From Brevibacterium samyangense (lineage in GTDB: Bacteria > Actinomycetota > Actinomycetes > Actinomycetales > Brevibacteriaceae): a DNA stretch of 24,000 nucleotides. The position numbers and the translations under genes are program-made. The notes under the pieces are model-generated. The model ran no database searches, was not told where the DNA came from, and saw nothing but the letters and a program-made list of their open reading frames with translations. Position 1 is the stretch's first letter. Every line of letters begins with the position of its first letter. The DNA lies in NCBI RefSeq assembly GCF_039529845.1, contig NZ_BAAANO010000008.1, forward strand, positions 8,404 through 32,403, given 5' to 3'. This document shows positions 21,140-24,000 of this stretch, piece by piece.

Positions 21140-22195
21140 ATGCGATCCTTCGGATTCCTCAGCTTCGGTCACTACGGCGGCGGTACCGGCGACGACGACC
21201 CGGGTGCGGGCGAGATCCTCCGGCAGGCGGTCGATCTGGCCGTCGGCGCGGACGGGCTCGGGGTCAACGGTGCGTACTTCCGTGTCCACCACTTCGCTCG
21301 GCAGGCGGCGGCACCCATGCCGCTGCTCGCGGCGATCGCCGCCCGCACGAACCGGATCGAGGTGGGCACCGGCGTCATCGACATGCGTTACGAGAACCCG
21401 CTCCACCTCGCCGAGGAGGCTGCGGCGCTCGATCTGTTGTCGGAGGGGCGGGTCGCGCTCGGAGTCAGCCGGGGGTCACCGGAACCGGCTCTACGCGGTT
21501 GGGAGGCCTTCGGGTACACCGGTTCGACGGATCCGCGCGGAGCCGACATCGCCGCCGAGAAGTTCGACCGGTTCCTCGCCGCCGTCCGTGGGGAGCGCCT
21601 CGCTCCGGCGGATCCGGCGCAGTTCGGTCCCGGCGTGAAACTTCGCGTCGAGCCGCACTCCGAAGGGCTCATCGACCGGATCTGGTGGGGTGCCGGTTCC
21701 CGGGCGTCCGCGGAGAACGTCGGTGCGCAGGGACTCAACCTCATGAGCTCGACGCTCCTCACCGAGGCGACGGGGGAGTCCTTCGGGGAACTCCAGGCCG
21801 CGCAGATCCGCCAGTACAAGGACGCGTACCGTGCAGCCGGCCACACCCGGACGCCTCGGGTGTCCGTCTCGCGCAGCATCTTCCCTATCGTCGACGACCG
21901 TGACCGGCAGGTTTTCGGGTTCCGCGCGCGGACCGACGGCGATCAGATCGGCGTCATCGACGGATACCGGTCGACGTTCGGCCGGACGTACATCGGTGAA
22001 CCCGATGTGCTCGTCGAGGAACTGCAGGCGGATGCTGCGGTGCAGGAGGCGGACAGCCTCATGCTCACGATCCCCAACCAGCTCGGCGTGGACTTCAATC
22101 TCCACGTCCTCGAGAACTTCGCCCGCCACGTGGCGCCCGCGCTCGGCTGGATCCCGAACACGGAGGGCCCGGCGACGGGGTACCCGCTGGGGTGA
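21140..22195 (+). CDS. LLM-class (luciferase-like) flavin-dependent oxidoreductase
   Basis: MRSFGFLSFGHY..., FRVHHFARQ, IEVGTGVIDMRYENPLHLAEEAAALDLLSEGRVALGVSRG and the C-terminal layout are typical of luciferase-like monooxygenases. Confidence 0.85.
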   Translation: MRSFGFLSFGHYGGGTGDDDPGAGEILRQAVDLAVGADGLGVNGAYFRVHHFARQAAAPMPLLAAIAARTNRIEVGTGVIDMRYENPLHLAEEAAALDLLSEGRVALGVSRGSPEPALRGWEAFGYTGSTDPRGADIAAEKFDRFLAAVRGERLAPADPAQFGPGVKLRVEPHSEGLIDRIWWGAGSRASAENVGAQGLNLMSSTLLTEATGESFGELQAAQIRQYKDAYRAAGHTRTPRVSVSRSIFPIVDDRDRQVFGFRARTDGDQIGVIDGYRSTFGRTYIGEPDVLVEELQADAAVQEADSLMLTIPNQLGVDFNLHVLENFARHVAPALGWIPNTEGPATGYPLG

Positions 22196-22214
22196 GGCGT
22201 CCGGGCGCGTCCGT

Positions 22215-22769
22215 TCAGTCGCCGTCCCGCACGAGCTTCTCGACCCGCTCGATGATCGCTTTCCGCACCGCCGGGTCGAGGGTGCGGAACGACACCGCCT
22301 CGTGGATCCACAGGCCGTCGGCGACGAGCACTGCGAGCAGACGCGTGATCGCCTCCTCGTCCTCGGCGTCCGCGGGCGGGTCCGGGAGGATGCGGGCACT
22401 CGCCTCGCGCCAGTGCTCGGCGGCGTCCGGGTTCGTCGACGCCTCCAACTGGAGCTGCAGTTCGGCCCGGGTGACGGCGGCGCTGCTGCCGCGCAGGTAG
22501 GCGATCGCCGCATCGTCCTGCGTCGCCTCCTCCGGGTGCCCACCGGCGACGTCTCTCAGCACCTTCTCCTGATCGGTCACCCACTCCTGCGCCATGTGGG
22601 CGTGGATCGCCTCGACGAGTTCGGTGCGCGACCGGAAGTGGTACATGATGCCGCCGCGGGTCATCTCCGCCTCCGCGGCGACGGCGTCGAAGGTGAGTGC
22701 GGAGATGCCCTCGCGTTCGACGACGGCGACGGCGGCCTGCAGGATCTTCGTCCGGTTACTCGGTCTCAT
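22215..22769 (-). CDS. TetR/AcrR family transcriptional regulator
   Basis: It has the N-terminal TetR HTH ILQAAVAVVEREGISALTFDAVAAEAEMTRGGIMYHFRSRTELVEAI. It is 184 aa and lies directly downstream of an MFS gene on the same strand. Confidence 0.9.
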   Translation of the reverse strand: MRPSNRTKILQAAVAVVEREGISALTFDAVAAEAEMTRGGIMYHFRSRTELVEAIHAHMAQEWVTDQEKVLRDVAGGHPEEATQDDAAIAYLRGSSAAVTRAELQLQLEASTNPDAAEHWREASARILPDPPADAEDEEAITRLLAVLVADGLWIHEAVSFRTLDPAVRKAIIERVEKLVRDGD

Positions 22770-22778
22770 GATCGTCCC

Positions 22779-22784
22779 AGCCTA
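22779..22784 (-). promoter_or_regulatory. Candidate -10 hexamer TAGGCT (TAGGCTGG), 9 nt upstream of the TetR ATG 22769
   Basis: The minus strand reads tccTAGGCTgggacgatcATG. This implies a very short leader and no SD. Confidence 0.35.
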
Positions 22785-22812
22785 GGACACTCGGCCGGGA
22801 CCGGCCCGGGGC

Positions 22813-24000
22813 TCACGAACCGACCACGGCCGAGGCGCCGCGCTCCCGGGTGCGCTCCTCACCGGAGCCCGTACGCGCCCGGGCGCGGGCTCCGCGGATC
22901 AACAGGACCCCGGTGACGAGCGCCGTGAGCGCGAGGACCACGGCCGCGAGCCCGACGACGACGGTGAACGACACGTCGTACGCCGCGAAGGCGGGGTCGA
23001 GGACCGCGCTGTCGGAACCGGCGGCGGCCACGGCGCTCGAGAGCGCCTCGGCGGCTTCCGGAGGAGTCCCGGCCGGCAGCTGCACACGGTTCGCGTACAC
23101 GAGGTTGATGAGGCTGCCGAGGAGGGCGACGGACAGGAGACTGCCGAACTCGTAGGACACCTCCTCGACCGAGGACGCCATACCGGCCCGCGACGCCGGA
23201 GCGTTCCCGATGATCGCGCTCGAGGCCACGGACATCGTGAGTCCGAGCCCGACCCCGAGGACGACGAGGCCGAGCACGACCGCGGTGAAGGTGTGGTGGA
23301 TCGAGGCGGCGAGCAGCCCGGCACCGACCGCGGCGATCGCGAGTCCACCGGAGATGAGCGGGAAGTACCCCACACGGTGGAGGATCGCGCCGCCGAGGAC
23401 GGAGAACGGCAGGGACGAGACCGCGAGGACCGTGACGAGGAGGCCGGCCTCGAGCGGGGAGAACCCGGCCACGAGCTGGAAGCGCTGGACCGCGACGAGG
23501 TCGATGCCCGCGATCGCGAACATCGTGAGCGCGGCCGCGAGTACACCGGCGAGGAACACGGGGTTGCGGAAGATCGTGAAGTCGAGGAGCGGGTACGTGA
23601 GACGGCGCTGGCGGGCGGTGAACGCCCAGGCGGCGCCGGCGCCGACGGCGAGCGCGAGAAGAGCGAGGAACCAGTGCGGATCCGTGCGCGCGAGCTCCTT
23701 GATGAAGAACACGAGACCGACGAGGGTGAGGGCCGCGAGCGCCGAGGACGCGAAGTCCCAGGGCTTCTCCGGGTGGGTGAGGTTGGGGCCGGCGACGAGC
23801 GGGACGGCGAGGAGAGCGAGCACGGTGATCGGCACGTTCACGAGGAACACCGACCCCCACCAGAAGTGCTCGAGCAGGAGACCACCGAGGACGGGTCCGG
23901 CGGCGGCGCCCACGAGGGACACCGCGCCCCAGATCGCGATCGCGAGATTGCGCTCGCGCTCGATGTCGAAAGTGCGGCTGATGAGTGCGAGGGTCGCCGG
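22813..24000 (-). CDS. MFS transporter, DHA2 (EmrB/QacA-like) family (partial; N-terminus beyond window end)
   Basis: The frame stays open from 23922 to 24000 and reads ...PATLALISRTFDIERERNLAIAIWGAVSLVGAAAGPVLGGLLLEHFWWGSVFLVNVPI, the DHA2 TM5-TM6 region. Many TM helices follow. The stop is at 22813, 43 nt before the TetR start. Confidence 0.85.
   Translation of the reverse strand, partial: PATLALISRTFDIERERNLAIAIWGAVSLVGAAAGPVLGGLLLEHFWWGSVFLVNVPITVLALLAVPLVAGPNLTHPEKPWDFASSALAALTLVGLVFFIKELARTDPHWFLALLALAVGAGAAWAFTARQRRLTYPLLDFTIFRNPVFLAGVLAAALTMFAIAGIDLVAVQRFQLVAGFSPLEAGLLVTVLAVSSLPFSVLGGAILHRVGYFPLISGGLAIAAVGAGLLAASIHHTFTAVVLGLVVLGVGLGLTMSVASSAIIGNAPASRAGMASSVEEVSYEFGSLLSVALLGSLINLVYANRVQLPAGTPPEAAEALSSAVAAAGSDSAVLDPAFAAYDVSFTVVVGLAAVVLALTALVTGVLLIRGARARARTGSGEERTRERGASAVVGS

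Noticed and set aside
1-24000. A scan for tRNA/rRNA genes, IS elements, integrases, phage genes, toxin-antitoxin pairs and known defence-system signatures.
   Set aside because: None was found. There are no T-loop-like GGTTCGAATCC motifs outside coding frames, no DDE or tyrosine recombinase-like ORFs, no inverted terminal repeats and no long GC-content island. The window looks like core or accessory metabolic chromosome rather than a mobile or defence island.

Overview
This is a high-GC (about 70%) actinobacterial-type chromosomal segment, densely coding on both strands, with about 22 genes I can support. I worked only from the sequence, the ORF track, third-codon-position GC (GC3) and motifs recognised by eye; no searches were run. 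Family names are therefore recognition from memory, and start codons are best guesses. Gene content is mainly transport and small-molecule metabolism:
- a MacB/FtsX-type ABC exporter (partial permease plus ATPase)
- a frameshifted small membrane gene
- an Ldh_2-family dehydrogenase and a RibD_C/DHFR-like reductase
- a bacterial eRF1/Vms1-ANKZF1-like (baeRF) protein
- a translationally coupled NUDIX hydrolase and P5C-reductase-like pair, divergent from an Sfp-type PPTase
- a small XRE regulator followed by a 22-bp tandem repeat and a possible tiny TM ORF
- a MetE-like protein, and a rhodanese plus SufE pair
- an ascorbate-type PTS (IIA-IIB fusion plus IIC)
- a BCCT transporter and a VOC protein
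- an MFS exporter and a TM-helix-repeat membrane protein
- a P-loop kinase-like protein, a Na/Pi cotransporter and an LLM oxidoreductase
- a TetR regulator next to a partial DHA2-type MFS
I saw no rRNA, tRNA, CRISPR, transposase, integrase or recognisable defence genes. I do not see a convincing multi-gene novel system. The items most worth a second look are:
- the orphan baeRF/Vms1-like gene
- the 22-bp tandem repeat that starts inside the XRE gene's last codons
- the near-identical leader architecture shared by the rhodanese-sufE and PTS operons
- the 350-bp structured divergent region upstream of the TM-helix gene, which has an out-of-frame SD+ATG
- a pair of palindromes 31 bp apart between two convergent genes
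- a strikingly regular leaderless-promoter pattern (TAnnnT 6-7 nt before the start codon) at seven genes
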